Below, piece by piece: positions 48,691 to 60,174 of a stretch of 64,000 nt of DNA. The DNA lies in assembly GCF_032191835.1 (NCBI RefSeq), contig NC_083223.1, positions 62,806,001 to 62,870,000 on the forward strand, written 5' to 3'. A model generated the notes under the pieces. That model was not told the DNA's origin. It searched no databases and saw only the letters and a program-made list of their open reading frames with translations. This stretch comes from Heteronotia binoei. Lineage: Eukaryota. The translations under genes were made by a program, and so were the position numbers. Numbering within the stretch: the first letter of the stretch is position 1; every line of letters starts with the position of its first letter.

Positions 48691-51600
48691 TAAAGCTTTG
48701 AAAATGCTCTCACTGAATGTCAATGGATTAGGTTCAGATTTGAAAAGATATAGATTAGCAAGATTTGTAAGGCAACAAAATATAGATATAATGTGCGTAC
48801 AAGAAACACATAAGGCAAAGGATGACACTAAACCATTGATCAAGCACCCAGGGTGGAAGGTGTTAGCTGAAGCAAGGAGTGGGGCCAAAGCGAGAGGAGT
48901 AGCAATTTTAGCACATACAAGGATTGATATCAGGTTACTAGATATGAAATAACAACCCATCCAATATGAATCTCAGATCGTGCCCCATTGATTATAGAAT
49001 TGGAGACAAGAGATGAGCAAATTAGAAGGATATGGAGATTTAATAGTATGGTGTTAGCAAAAAAATAAGATAGACATTATATGGAAAATCAGGTGAAGCA
49101 ATATTTCAGAGAAAATAGGGGAACAGTGGCCACGGATATTCTGTGGGAGGCAGCAAAGGCAGTACTAAGAGGACACTGTATGATGAAGGAAAAAGAAATT
49201 TTAAAAGAATGGTATGCTAATAAAACACAGACACTCCAGGAATTAGGTGCACTACAGAGTAGTCAAGGTATAAGATTTTGTCCTGATAGGAAAAAAAAGA
49301 TTGGAGAGATTAGGAAGCAATTGGACTCTCTTGACTTTAGGACACTATGGAGGAAGCAAACTATGGTAAGGAACGAGTTTCAAAGGGACTCAATAAATTC
49401 TGTTAGGAGACTAGCTAACTATTTTAAGACTAGGAAAGAAAAGCAAAGGGTGAAAAGTATTAGAACGCAAGGAAATATTACGCAGAATCCGAGAGAAATC
49501 AGGCAAGCGTTTCAAGAGTTTTATAAGGCGTTATATGCCAGGAGAGATATAACAGATTTTATGGAAAGAAGTGGAGAATGTCTGAAAGACTTAGACAAAG
49601 AGAGTTTGGAGAAGGAAATCACACTTCAGGAAATAGAGGAGGTAGTGAGCAGTTTAAAATTAGGCAAATCCCTGGGGCCAGATGGATTCACTGCAGATTT
49701 TTACAAAGAAATGAAGAAGATATTGATCCTGGAACTACAACAGGTGTTCAATATGATATTGAAAGGAGGGAAGGCTCCCGACTCTTAGAGGAAGGCCGAG
49801 ATAACTATATTAAAACCTCAGAAAGACCCTCGGGAAGTTGTCTCATATAGACCAATCAGGATTAATCAGGATTACAAAATATTTGCTAAAATATTGGCAA
49901 ACAGACTTCGAAATATATTACCTTGTATAATAAAAGAGGACCAATATGGATTCGTGAAGAATAGGAGCATAGCACATCCTATAAGGAATATACTAAATGT
50001 ACTTCATCATAGACATTCTGGGCAATTGGGATTGCTTAAATTGGATGCATATAAGGCATTTGATACATTGTCCCATGAGTTCCTGTGGTCCACAATGACA
50101 AAGTATGGGATAGGTTTATTATTTTTAAAAGCTATACAGGAGGTTTATAGGGAGGGTACAGCAGTAGTAGGGGTAAATAATGAACACACGGAACAATTCC
50201 CAATTGAGAGAGGGGTAAGGCAGGGGTGCCCGCTCTCCCCAACCTTATTTATAATGACAATAGAACAACTGGCAGAAAGGATCAGGAATGCAGGTAGAAA
50301 GAAGGTTGTAGGATAGGTAAGTTAGAAATGAAAATTAACTTATTTGCAGATGACATAATTATGATAATGTCGAACCCGAAAGAGGCTATTAGGGAAACGA
50401 AAATTATATTGGATAATTTTGAAGCATCTTCAGGTTTAAGAATTAATATGGAAAAATCAGAAATAATGTATTTCAACGTTAACTTGGAGGAAAAGAAAGA
50501 AAGTAATAGGTTAACTAATATAGGGATGGGAGTTAAGAAATGTAAATATTTAGGAATAGAAATATATAAAAATATTAATAGGATAGTGGAGGATAATTAT
50601 AAAAAAGTATTGGAGAAGATAGCGAGGGATATGCAGCAGTGGGGGGTAAGACACATGAGTCTGACTACTAAAATAAGAAGTGTATCGATGTTTTGGATGT
50701 CTAGGTTATTATATTTATTTCAAACGATACCATTGGAGATTGATAAACAAAAAATTAGTAACTGGAATACTAAAATAAGGGAATGGATATTTGGAAATAA
50801 GAAATCTAGAATTGCAAAAAAGCTAGTATACAATCATAAATTGGATTTGGGATGGGGAGTTCCAGATATAACTAATTATTATGAAGCTTTTCAGCTTAAA
50901 GCATTGTTAGAGATAGAGAGGGAAGATGATCAGAAATGGGTAAGGTTTGAGAATGAAGCTAATAACGGAGTAGGAAAACATGGTATCTTTACGAATATGG
51001 AGGAGAGGGACTTTAATTTAAATGAGGGACCAAGGAAGTGTGGGTTAATGGTGTGGAAGAAGTGGCAGCCAAAATGGTTAAATCGGGTATCTAGATGGAC
51101 GCCATTAGAAACGTTAATGGAGGAAGACAGGGATTACAGGTGGAGGGAATTACTCGGTTTTAAAGGATACAGAAGGGTAGAAGATTTGTTAATAATGGAT
51201 AAGTTAAAACCATTACAAGACTTGCAAGAAGCAGTACGGGTACAACACTGGCTTAAAGCTGTAGGATTGTATACTAAAGTTAAAAAGAAAGTGGAGAAAA
51301 GTAATATAAATGAAGAGGAACCTATGGAAAAGATTTATAAATTAATGGGTAAAACAAAAAAAGGAATAGTAAGCATTTTATACAGGAGTATGACTTCAGA
51401 CACCGAAGGAGTAATAGGTCACCTTCAACAGATATGGAGTTCAGAAGGCCAAATAACGAAACGAACAGTAGAAAAGTTAATGGAAGGTTTAAAAAAAGTT
51501 AAAATTTACAAAGTTAGGGAAATGGAATTGAAATTCTTTACTAAATGGTATAGAACTCCGGCTTCCTTAGCGAACATGTTTTCAGGGTTGAGCCCTAAAT

Positions 51601-52050
51601 GTTGGCACTGTAAGAAAGAGAAGGGATGGTTCGCCCACATGTGGTGGGAGTGCCCTGAAGCTAATAGATTATGGGAAATGGTAGTGGGAATGATAAAGAA
51701 GTTTTTTCAGGTTGAACCAAGAATAGACTTTGAATTTATGAAGATGAGTATACTAGGGAATGGGATAACAGGGAAGAATAATCAAGACTTATTAAAAGTA
51801 ATGATATCAGCGGGCAAAGCAGTATTGGAAGGATAAAAGTAAATGGAAGGAAAGAATCTGTCATGATTATCTTTTTGATTTTGTTCAATCACACATAGCC
51901 GCCATAATGACTCAGGAAGGGTCATGGGAGGAAAGAAGAACAAGGATTAAGGAAAAGTGGTCGATCTACCTGAAGTGGGCAAAAGAAGAAAAGAAAGCAG
52001 ACATTCAGTGGAAGCTCCAAGTTCTTTTTCCCTGGCTGGAAGATGATGTA
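48686..52050 (+). pseudogene. L1 ORF2p (EN with an internal deletion, RT, C-terminal CCHC)
   Basis: SLNVNGL, VQETH, LDAYKAFD, QGCPLSP, LFADD and CWHC...HMWWEC. EN jumps from DMK to an SDRAP motif. Confidence 0.92.
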
Positions 52051-52779
52051 TAGACTAAGGGGGGTGGGATGGGGGGAAAGTTGTTAAACGGAATGAGAGG
52101 AAGAGTGTAAGAGAAATGGACAATCAATAACAATAAAAATATACTTTAAAAAAAAAGAAAGAAAGGGGAATTCATGGACCTATTTTCTCTGCTCTATAGG
52201 GAGGTGGAGAAAAAGGACAAAGAGGATTTGGATGACCGGGAAAAGGAGAAAATCAAGAGGCTTAAAGTGGATAGGACATGGACAAACTGGGTGACCGGGT
52301 TCATTATTTATGCCAGAATTATTGTCCGGTCATAGCCATGGAGGGCCACTTTCCTTTTTCAGTATTTTGGCATCATTTACAAAAGCTACACCAGCTTTAC
52401 CGGCCCGACCTGGCTTCAATATGACGAGGTGTTCAGAATGAGGGCGGCTTTGAACCCAGCCCTTCAGTGGGATCAGATTCAGCTGCAGCTGTAGCTGCAG
52501 GTTATGTCTCCAGCACGACCTAACTTGGGTGATAGGTCAGACAGTGGGCATGTTGTGCACCGCACAGCCACTGCTTCTGACAACCGCAGCAGTGCGGGGC
52601 AGGTGGTTCAACCCCACCCGTTTTGTTGGGAGTTTGGGCCCCTGGGGGTGTGTGGTAAAAAGAACTGCCCATGCAAACATAAGCGCCCTCTTTGTGGGGG
52701 CTCTGATTCCTTCACTAATTGTTCCAGGGGTAGTTTCAGGCAGGGACAGCGCAAGCAGGGCCTGGGCAGTGCAGATAAG

Positions 52780-53757
52780 CCATTTGGTAAAGGGTCCCAG
52801 CCCAATAAAAGCGACAGTGCTTGATGCATGGCTCCGTGATTATCCAAAGGATGAAGATCAGCTTTATTTGTTAAATGGTTTTAGGTTTGGGTTTGGAATT
52901 CCTTTTCAGGGCCCCAGAAAGCCGTTTATGGCCAATAACTTGAAGTAAGTTATAGGGATGGAGCACATAGTTTGTCAGAAGATTGGGAAGGAATTAGCCG
53001 TGGGTAGGGTGAGTGGCCCATTTTCCACACTCCTTGGGAGTACCTTGAGGGTTCCACATTGGGCATTGTGCCTAAGAAAGCCCCAGGAGAGTTCAGATTG
53101 ATTCACCATTTATCTTATCCCCATGGGGAATCGGTGAATGACGCCATACCAGAGAATTTGTGTACTGCGTGGTACACATCTTTTGATGTAGCATGCGGGA
53201 GGACCTTGTACTATGGAGGGAGTTTTTTAACCTCATTTAAAGGTGTCTCCTTTTAGAGGGCTGAGTCACAGCTGGAGGCTGAGCCGCAAATAGCATCAGA
53301 TGCAGCTGGGTCCCTTGGGTTTGGCATTTTCTTTAGCGGACACTGGTGCGCAGAGGTATGGCCACTGGAATGGGTAGATGCGGGATGGAACAGAGATTTG
53401 ACTTTCTTGGAGTTCTTCCTGATTTTGGTAGCTGTTTGGCTATGGGGGAACAAGTTGGCAAACCACACAGTCCACTTTTGGTGTGACAACTTAGCCGTGG
53501 TGCATGTTATCAATTTCCTCACTTCCAAATCCCACAGGGTGATGAGGCTGGTGTGGGCCTTCACTTTCCATTGCCTGAGGCTTAATATTTTATTTTTTGC
53601 CAAGCATGTGCCTGGGGTGGCTAATGGGAAGGCTGACATTCTCTTTCGCAAACAGATGCAGAGGTTTCACCAGCTGGCCCTAGATGCAGATCTTCTCCTG
53701 ACAATGATGCTCCCCGGGATATGGATGATTGGCGGGTCGAGGCTGGCAGAGCGATAA
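52780..53757 (+). pseudogene. Ngaro pol: RT N-terminus joined to RNase H, RT catalytic core deleted
   Basis: KGPSPIK...GIVPKKAPGEFRLIHHLSYP...YTSFDVA joins ...EDLVLW at about 53195, then SDAAG, LEF, WCDN and HVPGVANxxAD. Confidence 0.88.
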
Positions 53758-54575
53758 GTCTCGCCATTGCTCCTAGTACCAGAGAATCGTACAACAAAGT
53801 TTTGGGAGCAAAGTTGGTTACAAAAGGGGTGGCCCCTTCCGGTGGAGCAATTACTCCACTGTAGTGTATTTTTAAGGCGCAGGGGGTTAGCAGTACGATC
53901 TATTCGGGGCCGGCTGTCTGCATTGGCCTTCGCTAGTGCGGCTTTGGGTTTCCAGGAGAATACCTGTGACTTCCGCATTAAGTAAAGGTTGGAAGGTTGG
54001 TCTAGAGAAGTTGGGCCCTGCCGGGATTCTCGGCAACCATTTTTCTCCTGCAGTTTTTAGAGGTTTACGATCGATCTGGGGCCAGGTGTGCGTGTTGGAG
54101 TATGAAACGCTGCTTTTTCATGCTGCCTCTCTCATGGCATTTTTCGGGGCTCATTGGGTGAGTTAGCGGGTGGCTCAGTCCAAAAGGGACATGTCAGTGA
54201 GGGCCTTGATGGCCCATGACAGATGTTTGGCTGGCGGATCTGTATATGTTACAGTCCGTTGTTCCAAGACCAATCAGCTGCAATGGAGGGATACTATTAG
54301 TTTGGGTTCCTGTTCTGATCTCAAGATCTGTTCTGTAGCGGCTTTAACACACTATAGTCCCTTGATGAAGCATCAGTTTTGGACTGTAACGTGCAAGGCC
54401 CTTGCTATGCTGGGTCTGTCGGGGATTAAGTTCGGCACCCATTCCTTCCGTATAGGAGCAGCATCTACTGCGACTGCCCCCAGAGTATTACCTGCCTTCC
54501 ATTCAGAAGCTGGGTAGGTGGCGTTCCTCGGCCTATAAGGGCTATGCTCGCCCTCTTGCACTGCAATAATTGGCA
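53725..54575 (+). pseudogene. Ngaro tyrosine recombinase
   Basis: GRLSALAF, FHAASLMAFFGA, VRCSKTNQ and HSFRIGAAST, with frameshifts. Confidence 0.88.
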
Positions 54576-54622
54576 CCATGTTATTAAGGAGCCATGTTAT
54601 TCATCGTTTCTTCTTTTCTCAG

Positions 54623-55207
54623 GCAATGTGGTCCGTGGAGAGAGATGACACATCCTCATATGTGGACACAGCTTCGTGTTTTGGGCTGCCCATCAGGCCA
54701 GGAGGACTTCGGCCAGGTCACAGCTGGGGCTCAGCAAGTGGGCCACCATTGAATGGCGTGGACAGCGGGGTCTCCATTGGTCGGGCCTGTTGCCCCTCTT
54801 GTTTGAAGATGTGCACGTGTTGCTGCCACATGTTGTGGTGATACATCTGGGTGGTAATGATTTAGGCCTGCTCAAGGGAAAAGCCCTTGTGTTGCAAGCC
54901 AAAGATGACTTTAGAGTTATAAAGAGGCATTGGCCACAGGCTTTGATCGTGTGGTCAGCCATAATCCCATGCCGCGTATGGCGTGTGGCTTGGGACCCAC
55001 GGGCAATTGAGAAAGCTTGCCGCAAAGCCAATTTAGAACTTAAAAGAGCCCTCGAGGTGGGGTTTGGGCCACTTTCTTCCTCACCCTTGGATCGGAGCTG
55101 ATTGCGCAGATTTATACAGGCGCGATGGTGTACATCTGTCAGACAAGGGTAGTGATGCCTTTTTAGAGGATTTGAAACTTGGGCTTCAGGAAGTGTTAGG
55201 CGTTTAG
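54623..55207 (+). pseudogene. SGNH/GDSL hydrolase ORF of Ngaro copy 2
   Basis: ICGHSFV (Ser nucleophile), RGLHW, HLGGNDL and RDGVHL (Asp/His). One early TGA and one frameshift. Acceptor AG at 54621-54622. Confidence 0.88.
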
Positions 55208-55244
55208 TGGGCGCGGCTGCCTAAGCAGAGGCTTGGCCTTGCAG

Positions 55245-55623
55245 TGGCTGGGTTTTGGCCTAAACTTCCGTTATGAAGCTCGGTGAGCACCTGTAGCACC
55301 CTAGTTTTGGGGTACGGGGTCTCACTAAATCATTCCTGGACCGTGCGGGATGGTTGAGTGATGAAGCGGACTATCTTGGGTTTGCATGGATTGATTCGCC
55401 CGTTAGCCATGTGGCTGGGGGTTGGAACTCCAGGGCATAACCTGTGGCCAGACCTAGGGGCAGGGTGGCTCGTCCGTCATGCGGCAGGGGAGGGGTATTT
55501 CGTCCCCTGGCCCTGCCGTGCTGCCTGTTATGTTATAGCCCTTGTGTTAATGTAATAAATAAAGTGGCCCTTTAGTTGCCCAAGCCCTTGTGTCCGTCTC
55601 TTCCTTCTGTCTGGGGGGGCAAT
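55245..55623 (+). repeat. Ngaro copy 2 repeat B (single)
   Basis: Homologous to B of copy 1 (gcaggggagg.gt...cccctggccctg; aataaagtgg.cc; ggggggcaat end). Confidence 0.75.
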
Positions 55624-55994
55624 GTTACATGTTAATATAAGATAGTACTTTCAAATGTGTAATTTGCATATTTTAACCTATGTTCTAATTTTGTTAACTG
55701 AAGTGGTATAAATTGTGTCCCCCAGCTTGGATGCTGGATTGTTCAACACCTGTCCAAGGAGATTACTTGAAACATTCTAAATAAACAAATAACAAACAGA
55801 CAAGATGAAGGCAATCTATTAAAATTAACAATTGACCTCACTGTTCCCACTAAGTGGCATAGCTTCTCCAGTATCTCATTTGAGATATGAAATGAGCTCA
55901 ACTCAACAAAGTTGAATACTGTCACTAGACTGAAGGGATTCCTTCAGCACATACATATATGCTTGTAAGACAAGGATAAATTTTTATTGTCTAG

Positions 55995-56632
55995 ATAACT
56001 CACTGAAAATGTCAAGACAGTGTGCGACTGCAATAAAAAAGGCCAACGCCATGCTGGGAATTATTAGGAAGGGAACTGAAAACAAACCAGCCAGTATCAT
56101 AGTGCCCCTGTATAAATCGATGGTGCGGTCTCATTTGGAATAGTGTGTACAGTTCTGGTCACCACACCTCAAAAACAATATTATAGCATTGGAAAAAGTC
56201 CAGAAAAGGGCAACTAGAATGATTAAAGGTTTGGAACACTTTCCCTATGAAGAAAGGTAAAACGTTTGGGGCTCTTTAGCTTGGAGAAACGTCGACTGCG
56301 GGGTGACATGATGGAGGTTTACAAGATTATGCATGGGATGGAGAAAGTAGAGAAAGAAGTCCTTTTCTCCCTTTCTCACAATACAAGAATTTGTGAGCAT
56401 TCAATGAAATTGCTGAGCAGACAGGTTAAAACTGATAAAAGGAAGTACTTCTTCACCCAAAGGGTGGATTAACATGTGGAATTCACTGCCACAGGTGGTG
56501 GTGGTGGCTACAAGCATAACCAGCTTTAAGTTTTAATTTAATACACACACACATATTGGCCACTGTGTGACACAGTGTGTTGGACTGGAGGGACCATTGG
56601 TCTGATCCAACATGGCTTCTCTTATGTTCTTA
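55995..56632 (+). mobile_element. CR1 LINE 3' fragment
   Basis: KKANAMLGII...LYKSMVRSHLE...[14 protein letters not shown] and GLFSLEKRRLRGDM motifs, then a 3'UTR ending cttatgttctta. Confidence 0.92.
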
Positions 56633-56757
56633 TTGTTTTAATTTGTATTATTGTGTTGTTTTTAACTTGTGTGTTGTTTTTACCTGTTGTACATTGCCCA
56701 GAACCTGGCTCAGGCTAGGATAGGGTGATTCAGTAAATTGAATTAATAACAACAACA
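56633..56757 (+). mobile_element. Old L2-type 3' end
   Basis: T-rich segment then attgcccagaacctgg...gatagggtgatt and a TAA/CAA tail. Confidence 0.4.
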
Positions 56758-57556
56758 GTACAGCAAAGCTCAAAACACTAGCTGGAACCAAAGACGCCCA
56801 GCACTGCAGCCTCTTTCATTCAACCCAACAAATCTTGGAGAAAACAAGTAACTAGAAATATTAAAGAACGAGTGAAGGATGCCAGTTTGCCTACCAATTC
56901 TTCACTGCAACATCCTTCACTACCTGTAGTAGAAACTCTTATAAGGAAAAATACATGGGGACGTACATGTGCACGATCCAGACCTGGCCTAACTGCACTG
57001 TAGGGTCATTCAAAAAAAATGAAACAGGGGACTTGACTTTGGCAACTAGTTCTATGTCCTAGAAGCAGGCAGCACCACAAAAAATTGAAGTAAGGCAAGG
57101 AAGCAATCATCTAAGAGATCTTATCCATTAACACTCTCAGAATTTTAGACAATAATAACCTCCCACTAAATAATTCACTATTCTAATTCCCCCAATGATT
57201 TCACCTAAGAGCTGCTAAATCCTGGATTGATGACTTAAATATACCAAGATAAAGATATAACCCTTGCCATTATCTTTGAGAAGACAGTCTTAGCATAAAC
57301 CCACTGCCTAATCATTACAGATTTATTCCCAACAGATTTCAATTTCTTTGTACCTCATATTCCAAGTATACATACTACCCTTCAATGTCCAGTGTATTCA
57401 CAGGGCACTGAACAGAATGGTCACTATTGATAAATGAGATGAGAGTTCAGCATACTTATGTTTTAAACCTATTTCTCTAAAGCTAGCAACTTTTGTGTTT
57501 AATTCTGTGACTGTAATACCAAAGCTCCTAGTCAATTAAATAGAATTTCTACTCAC

Positions 57557-57640
57557 CTTTGAACCTGGGGGTCCTTGTTTTCCTGGAGGGCATATACATG
57601 GAGCTGGTGTAGATCCTACATCACTAGGTCCATTCAGGCA
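57557..57640 (-). CDS. COL21A1: COL21A1 exon (84 nt), CLNGPSDVGSTPAPCICPPGKQGPPGSK, start of triple helix
   Basis: tttttggtag acceptor and gtgagt donor. CLNGPSDVGSTPAPCICPPGK is characteristic of COL21A1. Confidence 0.95.
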
Positions 57641-58762
57641 CTACCAAAAATAAAAATATTTCTCAAAAATACATGCACAAGCAATTTATATTTTCCGGCC
57701 CACCAGAAATTTTATGATTCCAACATTAGCACTTAGATGAAAGGCTGCTGGTTGGAGAAAGTTACTGGGATCATGTGACCCCAATGCTACACCAATTACA
57801 CTGGCTTCCAAGCTGTTCCCAATACTAATTCATGGTGTTGGTTTTGAACTTTAAAGTTCTGTGTGGCTTGGGACTGGGGTATCTGAAGGACTGTCTTCTC
57901 TCATATGTTCTGCCTTGGAACAAAGATCACGAGTGGCACTCTTGACTGTCTCATTGACCAAAGAAACTTGTCTGGTGGATATATGAGAGGGTGTCTTTCC
58001 AGTGGCAGCTTCACTACAATGGAAGTGCAAGGGAAGTGCACCTGCTCCCCCCACTCTCAATCTTTATGAGGCAGCTCAAGACAATTTTATTCATGATACC
58101 ATTTTATTAGTTCTGCTGCCTATCAGTGGTATAAAATTATTTATTCTAATTAGTGTTTTTAATGTATGTTATGGTATTTCATTATTATTTATTTTTTAAA
58201 CCACCTTGAACTCCTAGAAGGTAGAAAGGCAGTTATGCCTTCGTTACCATGGCTAACATGTGTATCTTAAGCCAGTAATTCTTTTTGTGTGTAACCACGA
58301 CTTTTAACAATTTAGGCCAAGAATCTTGTGAGGTCAAGAATCAACCTGAAAAGGATGCTGCTCAAAGCATCTCTGCATGATTCATTGCTGTGCCTTTGCC
58401 TTCTTCCAAGCAATCTTCACTAAGAGCAGACAGGGAACAGGGGCAAATGGATCACCCAGTCAGTTCCAGTGCACAGCAGAATGGCTCATCTTTACAGCTG
58501 GCAAGCCCAGAAGGATGACTCATGGAGAAGCAATGAGTATTTCTTCTTCTTATCAAGAGATCTGGTTCTGAGCAATGGTCCCACAGGGCAGATCAAAAAT
58601 TCACACAGTGGAGGATCCACCACATGTTTATTTCCAGCTTCTAAAGCGAAAGCATAAATGAATGAAAAATCTCCCTCTCTTCTATGGAAGCCATACTGTA
58701 ATGTTTTATAAAACATCAATGGAATTGTGCCTTGCATTCTTCTGCCAGAAACTTTGGACATA

Positions 58763-58971
58763 GGCTTGGAACCACAGAAGATTTCTGTACACAGCAGAGA
58801 ATTCCTCTCTTGTTTTCCCCATCCCACTACAGTCCAAAAGACTCCTCTGAATGATGTTCTTGGGGAAATGGGGACCCCCATGAACATTTGGGGAAGAATA
58901 AGAGGTTTGCAGGAGAGGGGAATAGGCACCCCCCCCTTCGATCTGCAGAAATCCTCTGTGGGATCCAAACC
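58763..58971. mobile_element. MITE with about 25-bp TIRs (possibly PIF/Harbinger)
   Basis: ggcttggaaccacagaagatttctg versus the reverse complement of cagaaatcctctgtgggatccaaacc. Confidence 0.7.
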
Positions 58972-59438
58972 ATTTTCTCTTCCAATTTCTATTATAATCA
59001 GTAAGAATCCACTGTAATATGCTCAGCTATTGGTAACATAAATCTTGTAAGTGTATATCTTTGCATAAAAACAAAAATAAATCATCAGTTTCCCTGAAAT
59101 ATTATATCCTTTCTGTCCTGCCATCAACAATTTAGTTTCAGGAACACATGAACTAACACTGCCCATTAAAATATTTTAATTCTGAATACAGGAGTGTCGT
59201 TTGCATGTCAAATTCAATGCAAAAAAAATACAATCCAACAGGGGTTTCATAATACAATTTGATCTTTTAAAGAGAATCTATGCCCAACAACACATATGGT
59301 GGGGGGGGGGGACCCTCACTTCTCCAAACAAAATAGCAAGTTCTTAGTTGAAGGAATTATGCTGAACTTACAAAAGAAAGAGGCAGAAAAGTTAAATACT
59401 ACCTTAAAGTCAATATGAATAGAAGTGCTTTTGCATAC

Positions 59439-59447
59439 CTCTCCATT
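59439..59447 (-). CDS. COL21A1: COL21A1 9-nt microexon, NGE
   Basis: Minus strand reads ttttttattccag|AAT GGA GAG|gtatgc. It supplies the NGE between ...EIPGF and CLNGP... of collagen XXI. Confidence 0.85.
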
Positions 59448-59836
59448 CTGGAATAAAAAAACAAACAATGTTCAAAAATTCAGAAAGGCTATGAAAAGGC
59501 AAACAGAAAGCATGTACTGTTCAATCAGCCAGAGTCAAGTGTTGTTACAGATGTTTCAGGGAACTAGTTTAACATCTTCAGAAAAAGAGGCCTAATGTCG
59601 TCTCACAGTAAAAGGCAACTGAGAAAGCTCCATCCCAATGGCATTTCTATGCACACTGTAAGTAAAAGCAGCTTACATTATTAGAATTGCTCGACAGATT
59701 GTTTATATACTATACACAATTAGAGCACATTTCTTTTTTTAAAAAAATGGACAAGTTAATTACAGGAAGTCCCTCCTATTTAAGTTTTAATAAGACACTT
59801 TCAACAATCCTTAGAATACTATTTGCTAATACTCAC

Positions 59837-59914
59837 AAAGCCAGGTATCTCACAAGCTGTTTCTCGATTGTTTTGCTCCGGGTCACAGTAGATCCTCAGC
59901 TTTTGGACATCAAA
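59837..59914 (-). CDS. COL21A1: Collagen XXI alpha-1 exon (78 nt, end of TSPN/LamG domain), FDVQKLRIYCDPEQNNRETACEIPGF
   Basis: Minus strand has acceptor ...aaaaaacag and donor gtgagt, phase 0. The peptide matches the TSPN C-terminal segment of human COL21A1 as I recall it. Confidence 0.95.
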
Positions 59915-60174
59915 CTGTTTTTTAAAAAAGATTATGAATTCATTAGATGACAGCCGGTATTAATTAAAATGTCCTGATAGGAGGAGGAAGAACAGATTGT
60001 CATTTAGAGTCCCCCATGCTTAACAAGCTTTACTTAAGTGCTGGGTCAATGTCTAGATTCCAAAATGGTTGAGCAATTATTTTCAGTAAGGAGGGGATTC
60101 CTCAGCCCTCCCAGCAGCTTCAGCTTTCAGTGTTACTTGACAGGCTACCCCCAGAACTTGTAGATTTGAGTCCA

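Larger units (their letters stand above)
47495..52160 (+). mobile_element. L1-clade LINE, near full-length, decayed, with 16-bp TSD
   Basis: TSD gaaaggggaattcatg at 47479-47494 and 52161-52176. AATAAA plus A-rich tail, ORF1 and ORF2. Confidence 0.95.
41841..52824 (+). pseudogene. Ngaro gag (ORF1), split: 41841-42098, about 46880-47494 and 52177-52824
   Basis: Basic Pro-rich N-terminus, LDRIADLE coiled segment, KILKGEFMDLFSLL reading across the L1 TSD, and a CWEF...C...C...H zinc finger region. Confidence 0.85.
41561..55623 (+). mobile_element. Ngaro-type YR retrotransposon, copy 2 (A1-gag-pol-YR-SGNH-B), with nested L2 and L1
   Basis: AAT at both flanks (41558-41560 and 55621-55623). Gag with Cys/His fingers, pol start (GIVPKK, FRLIHHLSYP), RNase H, YR (HSFRIGAA), SGNH and a B repeat ending ggggggcaat. 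Confidence 0.9.
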
